The translations under genes were made by a program, and so were the position numbers. Under the pieces are notes generated by a model that did not search any database, had not been told where the DNA came from, and was given only the letters and a program-made list of their open reading frames with translations. Positions 26,226 to 35,410 of a stretch of 44,899 nucleotides of DNA are shown here, piece after piece (the stretch's first letter is position 1; each line of letters starts with the position of its first letter). The stretch is from sequence record KX534341.1, one strand, 5' to 3'. Source of the stretch: Escherichia phage Pride.

Positions 26226-28517
26226 CTACTTGCGGTAGCGATACATGCAATCGCCCTCTGCGGCAAGTGGGAAGCCTTTCGCCCAAATAGGCAGGTCGCA
26301 CATCAGCGCGCAAAGCTCCTCTGTCGTGTAGTCGTCGGTGTCCGGCACTTCTGTGATCAATTCATCATGCACCGATAGAACGATTTCATAGCCCGCAGCT
26401 TCAACGCCAGGCATTGACCAGGCGAGAATATCACGGCACAACGCCTGTACTATGTTCTCCGTCAGTTTGCCGCCGTAGGTATACTGGAAGCCCCACTGGC
26501 GCGTCGTCTGATTCTCGCCCTGATATTTAATGCGGGTGCTGGTGCGTTTCTTGCCGGTATCTTCGTCGATCTCGGTCGTCACTGACAGCGCAATGCCTGG
26601 ATAACTCATAATACGCCCCGACGGCAACTCAATTTTCAACCACCACCCCGCGGCGTTCGGGTCGTCGCGTTCCTCGTCGAAGGTTGGGTCATGCTTCGCC
26701 TTCGTGCGGACTATCTTGAGCGCTTTCTTACCATCCGGGCGAACGTTCGCGCCAGCCCAGTACGCTTTGCCAGGATTGCGGATTGCACACAACACCGCGT
26801 CCTCAAGCTCGGCCCAAAAGGCTACCGTCTTCGGGTGAGCCTCGCGCCACATGCGTTTAATCGCATCACACGTAAGCCATACGTTTTTCGGCAGTATGTA
26901 AGTCGGGCGCTCGTCCTTCTTGCCAGGCTTTGGCGGTCGCTTCGCTTCGTTAATGCGGGCGTACTCATAACCCCGTTTAGCCGCTGCCCAAATGTGATCG
27001 GGGAATGTGCCCTTCATGACGTCCGCCATCGCGTAAAGGTCGAGGCCCAGGTTTTTAGCGAACTGCAAGAACGCCGCGACGCCGCCACCATAGCCCAGCC
27101 CCAATTCGCACGCCTTACCGATCTGGCGTAAGTCCTTGCGGTTAGCTTTAATGTAGTCCGGGTCCAGGCCGAACATCTTACCGGCAGTCTCACAATAGAT
27201 ATCGCGACCGGCCTTAAACACCATTAGCGCGGTTTTCTCGCCTGCGATCCAGGCAAGTCCACGCCCTTCCACGTTGGAGTAGTCCGCTACGACAAACTTC
27301 TTGCCCTTAGCCGGGATAATGCACCCGCGAACGGTCGAGGCTGTTAGCTTAGATATGTCATACGCCCAGTGCGCGGTCCCGCGTAACAGGGAATTGATGC
27401 CGTTGGTGAGCATGTGCGACCGGACCCAAAAAGCAACGTCGCTCTCGCCTTCGCGGCGCTTAATCTTCCCTTCGTGATCGTCGCTATACTCGCCGCGTGC
27501 CAGGTTTTGAGGCTGGAAGCCTTTACCCGCCCAGCGCAGCGTGCGCTTTGCACCACCATACTGAAGACACCCACGGCGGCGACCATCTGCGGATAAGCCG
27601 TTAACTAGCGGATTGTACTTAGTCGATGCCGTTGATGACGCTCCGAGGCGCATTTCTATAAGCGCTTTGCCTTCGTCGGGGAAGTCCGGGTCTTCAAGCA
27701 GGTCGTTAAGTGTGGATTTCTGCGCGTTGTGGATCGTGAACGCCGGGGCGATATCACGTAGGATTGGCAGGAAGTCATTGCCGGTCAGCTTACCGCCAAA
27801 TCGCTCCCAGGCTTCCTCTTTCAATTCTTCCTTATGCGCCTGTACCGCTTTGATCGCAGCGCGCGCCAGGTCAACGTCCACGTAGAAGCCGCGGTCGTTA
27901 ATCAATTGGTCGATAAGCAGGATTTCGTCTTCCTTCGGCGTATTACCCCAGTCCGGTATGCGCCAATAGACTTCCCTCATCGCGATGATATCCAGCGCGG
28001 CATAGCGCAGGAATTTAGCCCACTCCTCGGGGTGCGTCTTGCGCGTGTAGCGGCGGATTTTGTAGGTCTTAGGGGTAGGCTTACAGAATCGTTTAATCAG
28101 CGCCTTGCCTGCCTTATCCTTCGCGTGCTCTGCGTCAACGCCCAGCACCTGACACTGCATATCGAGGCTACCCGGCAGCGCGTGCCGAAAGGCCATAATC
28201 ATGGTATCTTCGATCTGGCTTACCGGCAGGTCGATTCCCCACTTTTCACGGATAACCAGGCGGTCAAACAGGAGGCCGTTAGCCATCACGATTTTTGCTT
28301 TCTTGCGGGATACCTGACGGAGCGCCTTGCGCAGTTCACGCGGCATTGTTGGGGATTCAGTGGCATCCCATGTCTGCACGCGGCCCTCGTCGATGGCGTA
28401 TGTGCAAATCATAATCTCGGTTGATGGGTGTTCTGCGTAGGCGTAAGCGCCGACTTTCTTCAGGTCCACATCGCTAAACGTCTCGGTGTCGAGAAACAGG
28501 CGTTCGAAGTCTTTCAT
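26226..28517 (-). CDS. DNA polymerase, family A, with 3'-5' exonuclease domain
   Basis: Exo motif (LFLDTETFS), motif B-like (KACELGLGYGGG), motif C (VLSVHDELI). Confidence 0.85.
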   Translation of the reverse strand: MKDFERLFLDTETFSDVDLKKVGAYAYAEHPSTEIMICTYAIDEGRVQTWDATESPTMPRELRKALRQVSRKKAKIVMANGLLFDRLVIREKWGIDLPVSQIEDTMIMAFRHALPGSLDMQCQVLGVDAEHAKDKAGKALIKRFCKPTPKTYKIRRYTRKTHPEEWAKFLRYAALDIIAMREVYWRIPDWGNTPKEDEILLIDQLINDRGFYVDVDLARAAIKAVQAHKEELKEEAWERFGGKLTGNDFLPILRDIAPAFTIHNAQKSTLNDLLEDPDFPDEGKALIEMRLGASSTASTKYNPLVNGLSADGRRRGCLQYGGAKRTLRWAGKGFQPQNLARGEYSDDHEGKIKRREGESDVAFWVRSHMLTNGINSLLRGTAHWAYDISKLTASTVRGCIIPAKGKKFVVADYSNVEGRGLAWIAGEKTALMVFKAGRDIYCETAGKMFGLDPDYIKANRKDLRQIGKACELGLGYGGGVAAFLQFAKNLGLDLYAMADVMKGTFPDHIWAAAKRGYEYARINEAKRPPKPGKKDERPTYILPKNVWLTCDAIKRMWREAHPKTVAFWAELEDAVLCAIRNPGKAYWAGANVRPDGKKALKIVRTKAKHDPTFDEERDDPNAAGWWLKIELPSGRIMSYPGIALSVTTEIDEDTGKKRTSTRIKYQGENQTTRQWGFQYTYGGKLTENIVQALCRDILAWSMPGVEAAGYEIVLSVHDELITEVPDTDDYTTEELCALMCDLPIWAKGFPLAAEGDCMYRYRK

Positions 28518-28684
28518 TGCTTTATCCTCACTACGGCGTCAGCGCTGCCGATCATGGAGAAGATACCGTCGGAAAGGGTTATCTCCTCGCCGTTGTTACG
28601 AACCTCGGCAACGGTGAAATACTCGCCCAGCAGTTTAGACCATACCTGCATTCCGACTTTTACTTCGCTGGCTTTAATGCGCAT
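28514..28684 (-). CDS. Small hypothetical protein (56 aa)
   Basis: ORF below the table size cutoff; stop overlaps polymerase start (ATGA). Confidence 0.35.
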   Translation of the reverse strand: MRIKASEVKVGMQVWSKLLGEYFTVAEVRNNGEEITLSDGIFSMIGSADAVVRIKQ

Positions 28685-28699
28685 TTTTCATTGTCCTAT

Positions 28700-28723
28700 T
28701 AAAAAGCCCGCATTAAGCGGGCT
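28700..28723 (-). terminator. Intrinsic terminator on minus strand (agcccgc-ttaat-gcgggct-uuuuu)
   Basis: GC stem followed by T-run on the minus strand, 20 nt downstream of the 28743 stop. Confidence 0.55.
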
Positions 28724-28742
28724 TGAATAGTGGGCTTTGCCC

Positions 28743-29525
28743 TTAACGGCGGCGACGTTTACGTGGTGCTTCGTCTTCGTCGTCGTCCTCATCTTCGTCA
28801 TCGCGTGGCTTACGACGTTTGCGAGGTTTTTCATCTTCCTCATCGTCGTCGTCATCGCGGCGCTTGGATTTCTTGGACTTGCGCGGCTTGTCATCTTCAT
28901 CATCGTCATCACGACGTTTTGACTTTTTGGACTTGCGCGGTGCTTCGTCTTCGTCGTCGTTGTCCAGGTCTTCATCGGAGCAAGAAGACCCGCCACCTCC
29001 GAAGGCTTCGCCGTCTTCACGGAATCGCAGACCCAGCAAGCCAGCCCCGAGACCCTTGCCGTTGGTGTTGTTCCACGCCCAAATATCAAGGGACACGTTG
29101 CAATAACAACCAGAGTAGATCTCCTGGCCTTCAATCTCGTCGCCGTCGATGGTCAGACCCTGTTCAGTCTGCTTCTCGCCGAGTGACGTTTGAATGATCG
29201 GCTGTTTGAACGATTTGGCGTTGATGTACAACATGCCTTCGAATTCTTCGGTCACTTCGTCGCGCTCGTCACCGTCGCGGACTGCGCATTCCTTCGAATC
29301 CTGGGCGTAGTGGCGGTCCATCCACTTATCAGCATTCTTCTCGGATTTCAGCTTGTCGGTTAGCACTGCGCGCGCTGCCGCTTCCACTTTGTCCACCTGC
29401 GGATCTTCTTTATCAAGAAGAATCACTGCACGGTATGCCGGTTTTTGTCCATCCTGTTTAGGGGTATCACGTTCCCAAATTTTAAGGAAACATGCGCGCA
29501 CATTTTTCAGGTTGACTTTAGCCAT
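28743..29525 (-). CDS. Putative ssDNA-binding / recombination-associated protein with charged repetitive C-terminal tail
   Basis: ATG 29525 with GAGGA RBS; adjacent to PD-(D/E)XK exonuclease gene; C-terminus made of alternating acidic/basic repeats. Confidence 0.45.
   Translation of the reverse strand: MAKVNLKNVRACFLKIWERDTPKQDGQKPAYRAVILLDKEDPQVDKVEAAARAVLTDKLKSEKNADKWMDRHYAQDSKECAVRDGDERDEVTEEFEGMLYINAKSFKQPIIQTSLGEKQTEQGLTIDGDEIEGQEIYSGCYCNVSLDIWAWNNTNGKGLGAGLLGLRFREDGEAFGGGGSSCSDEDLDNDDEDEAPRKSKKSKRRDDDDEDDKPRKSKKSKRRDDDDDEEDEKPRKRRKPRDDEDEDDDEDEAPRKRRRR
28790..28990. repeat. Imperfect tandem repeats (~54-60 bp) inside CDS 28743..29525 encoding alternating D/E and K/R blocks
   Basis: ggacttgcgcgg recurs at 28875 and 28929; protein repeats PRKSKKSKRRDDDD... 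Confidence 0.7.
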
Positions 29526-29615
29526 TTTCCAATTCCTCATTTTCACATGTATCGGGGTTATTGGAAGCCACCCCGTTCGGCTTGGTTGCTAATTTACTTG
29601 GTTGCGCCTGAGCGG

Positions 29616-29858
29616 TCAAGCATTTTCATTAAAAAGATTTCGGGTAACGTAGTTGGTCGCGTTCTCGATCCAGCTTAACGGCGGGCGGTTGATGTTCTTC
29701 TCCACCCAATCGACGGCAGCTTCGCTATAGCCGTCATCCAGCCAGCGGGTCGGATGTCTAATCATCCATGCCACCATTAACACGCCTTGCACACAATGCA
29801 GGATAAAGCCCAGCGCGCCGATAACAAACATCAATAAGATTGCGAATACTTTATTCAT
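29616..29858 (-). CDS. Small membrane protein
   Basis: Two hydrophobic segments (FAILLMFVIGALGFIL; VLMVAWMI). Confidence 0.5.
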   Translation of the reverse strand: MNKVFAILLMFVIGALGFILHCVQGVLMVAWMIRHPTRWLDDGYSEAAVDWVEKNINRPPLSWIENATNYVTRNLFNENA

Positions 29859-31281
29859 TGCTTAAGTCCTCGTCAGTAGCTTCCGACCACGCAGGGCGCG
29901 GGTCGTCGATTGGTGCTAACACCGGTTTTGCCGGTGCGCGCGTGATTTTATCACACAGCTTCGCCCACACTTTCGGTTTTTCGTCCTTCAGTACCTTCTC
30001 GGCATCCGTAGGGCTGAGCAATGTTTCTTTGTACATCACATCGCGCTTGATCCGGGCCTTCGTGAAGATTTCAATCACTTCGCTTTCGTCTGCCCACTTG
30101 CGAATCCCTTCCTTACCGGCAACCATCTTGAGGCCCAGCGATTCGCCATCGCCCGCCATAACCGCTTTGAATACCGCGGACTCGATAGCCTTGATGTGCT
30201 GGCGCATTGCGTCAAGACCTTCATATGCCTTGCGCAGTTCCGCGGCGGTCATAGCGCCTGTGGCCGCTTCTTTCTTGCCACGCTTCGCACGTCGTGCCGC
30301 TTTGCGGGCTTCGCGGGCCATATTGCGGTCGTGATTGGCGCATTCTTCCTCTGTCGCAATACTTACGTCGTCGCCCAGGTCTTCGTCTGTTGCCGTTGGT
30401 GGGGTCATCGTGTCGATTGCAGCCTTAGCGCGGGCGCTACACTGATCCGCAAATCTGCACCACTGACACGCATCAACGCTCGGTCGGAAGTCGGCGCGGG
30501 TGAGTCCTTTCTTACCGCGGGCGTACGCTTCCAGGGCGGCGATAGCACGCTTGGACGCAAACTTCGCGAATATCTCCAGCGCTTCTACCGAAATATCCCA
30601 CTCCGACGCCCCGCCGCAATACGGCTGGAAGATAACCAGGCGAACGGTCGTAATGTCGTACATAGTTTGCAGCTTGCGTAGCAGGCCGAGCGCATACAGC
30701 ATAAGCTGTTTGTTCTCTTTCGCCTCGACCTTATGGCGTCCGGTCTTCAGGTCGCCAACAATCAGCATGTACGTGCCGTCGGTCTTCTTCATGACCATAA
30801 CCATATCGGCAGTACCGAAGGTTTTAATCACCTCGCCGTCAATCTCGTAGCCTTTGTGCAGGACGCGTGTCAGATCCGCGCGCATCTCAAGCTGGACAAA
30901 CTCTGCCACTTCGAGGAGCGGTCGCCAGTGGTCGATGTACGCGTCGCACTGTTTCACCATATCGTCGTTGACCAGTACGCCGCCTTTCGGTGCTTTCGGG
31001 TGTGCCTTTACTGGCCCCTTTCCTTCGTTCTCGACGTAACACCCTTTATACGTCTTTGCGGTTATCAGCTTTTCACCGGCGATAATGCGGTTTAGCACGA
31101 CTTCAGATACGGTGTGCATACTCGTACCGTTAATCGCGGCTTGCCCGGATTCGTTTGGGATATCTTTTTCTACCACCAGAGCGGCAGGGCAACCCATCCA
31201 TTTTTTAGCACCGGACGGCCCGAGTAATGAGTGTTCGGTATTGCTACCGGATTGCGTCTTACGTTTTGGTTTAATCGCCAT
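29851..31281 (-). CDS. PD-(D/E)XK-family exonuclease (RecB/RecE-like)
   Basis: GDLKTG..K and QLMLYALGL motifs typical of RecB-type nuclease cores; Cys cluster near C-terminus; paired with SSB-like gene. Confidence 0.6.
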   Translation of the reverse strand: MAIKPKRKTQSGSNTEHSLLGPSGAKKWMGCPAALVVEKDIPNESGQAAINGTSMHTVSEVVLNRIIAGEKLITAKTYKGCYVENEGKGPVKAHPKAPKGGVLVNDDMVKQCDAYIDHWRPLLEVAEFVQLEMRADLTRVLHKGYEIDGEVIKTFGTADMVMVMKKTDGTYMLIVGDLKTGRHKVEAKENKQLMLYALGLLRKLQTMYDITTVRLVIFQPYCGGASEWDISVEALEIFAKFASKRAIAALEAYARGKKGLTRADFRPSVDACQWCRFADQCSARAKAAIDTMTPPTATDEDLGDDVSIATEEECANHDRNMAREARKAARRAKRGKKEAATGAMTAAELRKAYEGLDAMRQHIKAIESAVFKAVMAGDGESLGLKMVAGKEGIRKWADESEVIEIFTKARIKRDVMYKETLLSPTDAEKVLKDEKPKVWAKLCDKITRAPAKPVLAPIDDPRPAWSEATDEDLSNE

Positions 31282-31460
31282 TATTCCACCCGTGTAAACT
31301 GGACAATTACATATTTCACATTAGCCAGGCCCGCTTTTTCGACTCGGCGCTTAACTTCATTTTGCGCGTCCACAAAGCAATTGCTTGCGTTGGTGTTTTC
31401 AACAATAAAAGAAGTGTGATCGTTTAATTCGTGGCAAGTTGCCATGACGAAGAATTTCAT
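31281..31460 (-). CDS. Hypothetical protein
   Basis: ORF, translationally coupled on both sides (TAATG overlaps). Confidence 0.45.
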   Translation of the reverse strand: MKFFVMATCHELNDHTSFIVENTNASNCFVDAQNEVKRRVEKAGLANVKYVIVQFTRVE

Positions 31461-31711
31461 TATTTTGTCTCCCAGCGGTCGATTGTTTTTGCTTCGGATG
31501 CAACTGCGAAGCGAACATATTCCAGATTTGAATCCGCCCAAATATAAAAGTCGGGATTAATAAAGGTGGTGCGCTTAATTTGCGCGGGGGTGTTGCGGCG
31601 TTTGTCTATTACGGCAACGCGTGACTGAAAGCTGCCGATGCGTTCGAATAGCCAATAGTACGGGCGCTGGTCGCGGGAATCCACCGCCTCGATTAGCGTG
31701 AATCGTGCCAT
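31460..31711 (-). CDS. Hypothetical protein
   Basis: ORF in operon context. Confidence 0.5.
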   Translation of the reverse strand: MARFTLIEAVDSRDQRPYYWLFERIGSFQSRVAVIDKRRNTPAQIKRTTFINPDFYIWADSNLEYVRFAVASEAKTIDRWETK

Positions 31712-31759
31712 TGTCTCGTCCTCTAAAAATAGGCCCGCAGATTAGCGGGCCGGATAATA

Positions 31760-32266
31760 TTAATCTTCCAGTTCGAAATAAGTTTCGACGATTTCTTTTA
31801 GCTCTTTGTGGAAGTCTTCGACGTCGTCATCTTCCAGCTTAGCGATTGATTTGATTTCGAACGCGTCCAGCAGATCATCAAATTCGTCGTTCGCGTCGTC
31901 GTCATCACCGCCCGCGATAATCGCGGCATACTGTTTGATCTCGTCGCGCATCTCCGCCAGCGGATCGGCATCTTTCTTGCCTTTGCCCTTCGCCGGTGCT
32001 TTTTTAGACTTAGCCGGTTTTGCGTCTTCGGCGTCTTCGTCGTCATCTTCGACTACTTCTTTTTTAGCCTTACCTTTCGCCGGGGCTTTTTTAGATTTAG
32101 CCGGTTTTTCGTCTTCGTCGTCATCTTCGACAACTTCTTTTTTGGCCTTAGACGGCTTCTTGTCTTCCTGCTTACCAACGGCAGCGCCAACGGTTTCATA
32201 ATGCTTAGCGATGACTTCCAGTGCTACTACGCCGCGAGTGATCAGGTTTACGATTTGCTCAAACAT
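31760..32266 (-). CDS. Hypothetical protein with lysine/alanine/proline-rich and acidic tandem repeats (histone-H1-like tail); first gene of leftward early operon
   Basis: ATG 32266 with GGAGA RBS; 29-aa protein repeat KPAKSKKAPAKGKAKKEVVEDDDED from an ~87-bp DNA tandem repeat (about 31985..32160); acidic C-terminus. Confidence 0.6.
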   Translation of the reverse strand: MFEQIVNLITRGVVALEVIAKHYETVGAAVGKQEDKKPSKAKKEVVEDDDEDEKPAKSKKAPAKGKAKKEVVEDDDEDAEDAKPAKSKKAPAKGKGKKDADPLAEMRDEIKQYAAIIAGGDDDDANDEFDDLLDAFEIKSIAKLEDDDVEDFHKELKEIVETYFELED

Positions 32267-32462
32267 GGTATATCTCCGATTGGTTAAGTTTAGGTGTCGG
32301 CAGTTAACTTCGTCGGTGGCCTTAACATATTGCCAGGTTACGCGTTCTCCCGTTCGGGTAGTGGACCTGGTTATATAATCACGGTTGGGAATCCTGACAC
32401 TTCGATCCGGCCCCTGCGTTGCCCCTCTCCAGTTTGCGTCCTGCATCCTGTCGACGGAGTGA

Positions 32463-32492
32463 ATGATAGATTGGTTGCAGGATGGGTGTCAA
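32463..32492 (-). promoter_or_regulatory. Predicted leftward early promoter (TTGACA-N18-TATCAT) with GCAACCAAT motif in spacer
   Basis: -35 at 32487..32492 and -10 at 32463..32468 on minus strand; upstream of minus operon beginning at 32266. Confidence 0.5.
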
Positions 32493-32503
32493 CAACTAAT
32501 TTC

Positions 32504-32537
32504 AAAAAAAAAGCGCCGAGGCAAAATGCGACGGCGC
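32504..32537 (-). terminator. Intrinsic terminator on minus strand (gcgccg-loop-cggcgc followed by U9)
   Basis: 6-bp GC stem with 13-nt loop and A9 run on plus strand (T-run on minus). Confidence 0.55.
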
Positions 32538-32561
32538 TAACCAATAAGAGACAATGAGACG
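32504..32561 (-). ncRNA. Candidate small RNA (~55-60 nt) transcribed leftward from a TTGAAA-N16-TAATAA promoter and ended by the 32504..32537 terminator
   Basis: Promoter elements on minus strand at 32591..32596 (-35) and 32569..32574 (-10); no ORF; terminator immediately downstream. Confidence 0.2.
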
Positions 32562-32608
32562 GGAATTATTATTACACGCGTGCGCGCCCGTTTCAATATC
32601 CAAAGGAT

Positions 32609-32637
32609 TTGACACCATGCAGTTTTAGGTGTAGTTT
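32609..32637 (+). promoter_or_regulatory. Predicted rightward promoter (perfect -35 TTGACA, weak -10 TAGTTT) upstream of HTH gene
   Basis: TTGACA at 32609..32614; weak -10 suggests activator dependence. Confidence 0.35.
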
Positions 32638-32668
32638 CGTTGGTCATTAACCAACAGGAGACTGAATT

Positions 32669-32998
32669 ATGAATATCAAAGAAGCAATTGAAGTGTTATC
32701 TAATGCAATCCGCGGCGAAGCGGGTAAATCCTGGTATTACACAAATGCGGTGGATACTCTGTTATTTGAAGTGTCCAGATTATCGCGTGCTGAGAAGGAG
32801 CTTACCGCGAAGCTGGAATTGCTCAACGGCACGGCAGCAAGCAAGCTGCAAAAACACAATGAAGAAATGGAAGAATACAAAAAACAGGTTATCCGTCTAC
32901 GTGAGGAAGGTAAATCCTGGGCGATGATTGCCGAGTTGACCGGAATTAATCAGAGCACAGTGCGCTCCTGGGTACGCAATAATAAAACTTCTAAGTAA
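32669..32998 (+). CDS. Helix-turn-helix DNA-binding protein (putative transcriptional regulator)
   Basis: CAGGAG RBS; C-terminal HTH-like segment (SWAMIAELTGINQSTVRSWV). Confidence 0.6.
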   Translation: MNIKEAIEVLSNAIRGEAGKSWYYTNAVDTLLFEVSRLSRAEKELTAKLELLNGTAASKLQKHNEEMEEYKKQVIRLREEGKSWAMIAELTGINQSTVRSWVRNNKTSK

Positions 32999-33008
32999 GG
33001 CCACGGCA

Positions 33009-35273
33009 ATGAGCTTAATTAAATTCGCTGTAACAAGACCCGCTAAAAAAGGCGAAAAAGCCAGGGCGGAAAACTTCCAGATGACGACCGATGAATTTTT
33101 CGAATTTATCAAAGATGCGAAAGAGATATCGTCGGTGCATATCAACAAGACGGAAGATAAAGCCGAGTATGCGCGCCGCAAGCGTAAGGCCGATGGCATC
33201 GTAGCGTATACCAGTGACGGCTTACGCCGCAAGACCAGTGCGGTGGACCGCTCGATCCTGTTCTTCGATATTGACCGTACCGACACCCGCACCCTACGCC
33301 GCTGCCGTAAGGCTTTCATCGACGCGGGGCTGGAGCACGTATTTCACACCACAACCGGCGACCGCCACCCGCTGAAAGGCGGCACGCGTTGCGCTCGTTT
33401 CCTGGTGCTCACCGACAAGCCTGTACCGGCTGAAGACCTGGGCCGCGTCCAGTACGCACTATTACACCAACTGGGCCTGTCAGATGTGGACTTCGATGAT
33501 TGTACGAAAGACACAAACCGCCTGATGTACCTGCCACACCAGCAGTCTGTTATTAAGTGCCACTACGGCAAGCGTGCCCGCGTCCGTCGTCTGCTTCGCC
33601 TGGCGGATAAGTTGGGCGTGGAGAAGGAGGAAGTACGCCGCGAGCTTACCCAGGGCGACGACGCAGTGGCAGACGGCATTCTGGACTGGTGCTTCCAGGC
33701 AGGATTCGAGGAGTTATCTTCCGGTCGCGGTTATGAAGTGCCGTGCCCGAACGAACATCTGCACAGCGGCGAAGGGTCGACGGCTATCATGGTCAAGGAT
33801 GGCGAGATCCGTTTCAAGTGTATGCACACCGGCAACGAGTGTTGCTCGGAACTGAACAGACACCAGCACCTGGCGCTACGTCTTATCGGGATCCCGGACC
33901 ACCTGAACGTCGAGCCGCACAACATGTCACGTAAGCAAATCGCCGCCATCCTTCCGGGACTGGACGATGAGGAAGTGGAATCGTGCTATGAACATATCGT
34001 TGATGCGGTCGGAGACGGCGACGAGTACGGCGTGTGTACTGATGCAGACCTGGACAACGAGCCGGTCGCACTGTTCAGTAAGCACGACCCGATCATCGAA
34101 GGCCTGGTCAACTTCAAATCGACCTGGTATCTCGCCGGTGAGTCGAACATTGGCAAGTCGTTCTACGTGCTGGGCCAGATGGCGTCAGTATCTGCCGGTA
34201 TTCCGTTCGGCGGTGCGAAGGTCGTCCAGTCTCATTGCTTCTATTTCGATGCGGAAGGTGGTGAGGCCTCCAACCAGCGTAAAGAAGCACTGCAGATCAA
34301 ATATGAGCACGACCTGGACAAGCTGCACATTATCGATCTGCAATCACGCGGCTGGGATATCACCAGCAAATCCGGCTTGCGTGAAGTTATCAGCTTCATC
34401 AACCGCACCGCTAACGGCGAGCCGGTTGGCCTGGTGGCGTTCGACTCACTCAACCAGACTGTTGCGCTGCGGTCCGCCGATGCAAAACCGTTCGACGAGA
34501 ATAACGCCAGCGATATGGGTGAAGTGGTCAAAGCGCTGAAGGCCATTGCGGAAAATACAGGCGGCAGTGCGGGCGTCATCCACCACCCGGCGAAGGGTGC
34601 AAACGGCAGCAGATCTCCCCGTGGGTCCGGCGCGCTGCATGGCGCTGTCGATTCTGCGTTCTTCCTGGAACAGCCGGACGACAACCAGCCAGGTCAACTC
34701 AACCTGTATCACGAAAAATCCCGTAACGGCATCAAGCAAGCGCCGCGCGGCTTCGTCCTGCTCAAGTGCAAGGTTAAGGTGGATCTCCGCAAGTCCGAGG
34801 CGTTCGAAGCCCACCAGTCCACCAGCACCGGGCCGGACTTCGGTGACGTCGTTGCCGGTTGGGACGTCAAGCCGATTGCCTCCACGCCACGCGACGAGAC
34901 TCTTTACCTCGTACCGGTCGCCCTGGCACCGTTCGCCATTGAGCAGGCAAAGGCCGCTGGCAAGGCCGCAGTTAAGGAAGAGAACGCCGCAGGACCGCGC
35001 AACGAAAAAGAGAAAGTGCTTTATGCAGCGCTGGAAAAACTGATGGAAGATAACCCGGACCATACCGGATTCAGCAAATCGGCAATTGTCCGCCAGGCTG
35101 GGCTTGCGAAAGGTGGCACATCGACGAAGGCAATTGACGATATGGTCGAGCGCGGCGTGCTCGGTTTTTATACCGATCCGCACACCGGGGCCATCTATGG
35201 GTCGTCGAATATCGTCATCAAAACGAAGATACCCATCACGCTTTCGGCGACCGATGACGACTTAAAAGATTAA
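33009..35273 (+). CDS. Bifunctional DNA primase / replicative helicase (primase-polymerase-like N-terminus, zinc ribbon, RecA/DnaB-like ATPase)
   Basis: ILFFDIDRTD acidic motif; Cys/His zinc cluster (CPNEHLH...CMHTGNEC); Walker A GESNIGKS; VIHHPAKG. Confidence 0.75.
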   Translation: MSLIKFAVTRPAKKGEKARAENFQMTTDEFFEFIKDAKEISSVHINKTEDKAEYARRKRKADGIVAYTSDGLRRKTSAVDRSILFFDIDRTDTRTLRRCRKAFIDAGLEHVFHTTTGDRHPLKGGTRCARFLVLTDKPVPAEDLGRVQYALLHQLGLSDVDFDDCTKDTNRLMYLPHQQSVIKCHYGKRARVRRLLRLADKLGVEKEEVRRELTQGDDAVADGILDWCFQAGFEELSSGRGYEVPCPNEHLHSGEGSTAIMVKDGEIRFKCMHTGNECCSELNRHQHLALRLIGIPDHLNVEPHNMSRKQIAAILPGLDDEEVESCYEHIVDAVGDGDEYGVCTDADLDNEPVALFSKHDPIIEGLVNFKSTWYLAGESNIGKSFYVLGQMASVSAGIPFGGAKVVQSHCFYFDAEGGEASNQRKEALQIKYEHDLDKLHIIDLQSRGWDITSKSGLREVISFINRTANGEPVGLVAFDSLNQTVALRSADAKPFDENNASDMGEVVKALKAIAENTGGSAGVIHHPAKGANGSRSPRGSGALHGAVDSAFFLEQPDDNQPGQLNLYHEKSRNGIKQAPRGFVLLKCKVKVDLRKSEAFEAHQSTSTGPDFGDVVAGWDVKPIASTPRDETLYLVPVALAPFAIEQAKAAGKAAVKEENAAGPRNEKEKVLYAALEKLMEDNPDHTGFSKSAIVRQAGLAKGGTSTKAIDDMVERGVLGFYTDPHTGAIYGSSNIVIKTKIPITLSATDDDLKD

Positions 35274-35410
35274 AATTTGCGCGCATTGGTCGCCGATATG
35301 GGGATTCCCATATCGCTAGACGATTAAATTTTGCGCGCATTGGTTGCCATTTTGAGTGTTTTTATCTGGTCGTATTGGTTGCCGTGTAGTGTGAATATAG
35401 TGAATAGTTA

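Noticed and set aside
28737-29197. Plus-strand ORFs 28730..29197, 28737..28922 and 28819..29106
   Set aside because: Products of translating the charged-repeat region of the minus-strand gene in other frames; low-complexity artefacts.
33574-35183. ORFs nested in the primase-helicase gene (for example 33967..34539+, 34446..35183-, 34546..35043+)
   Set aside because: Shadow ORFs in a GC-rich gene; Arg/Ser-rich improbable proteins.
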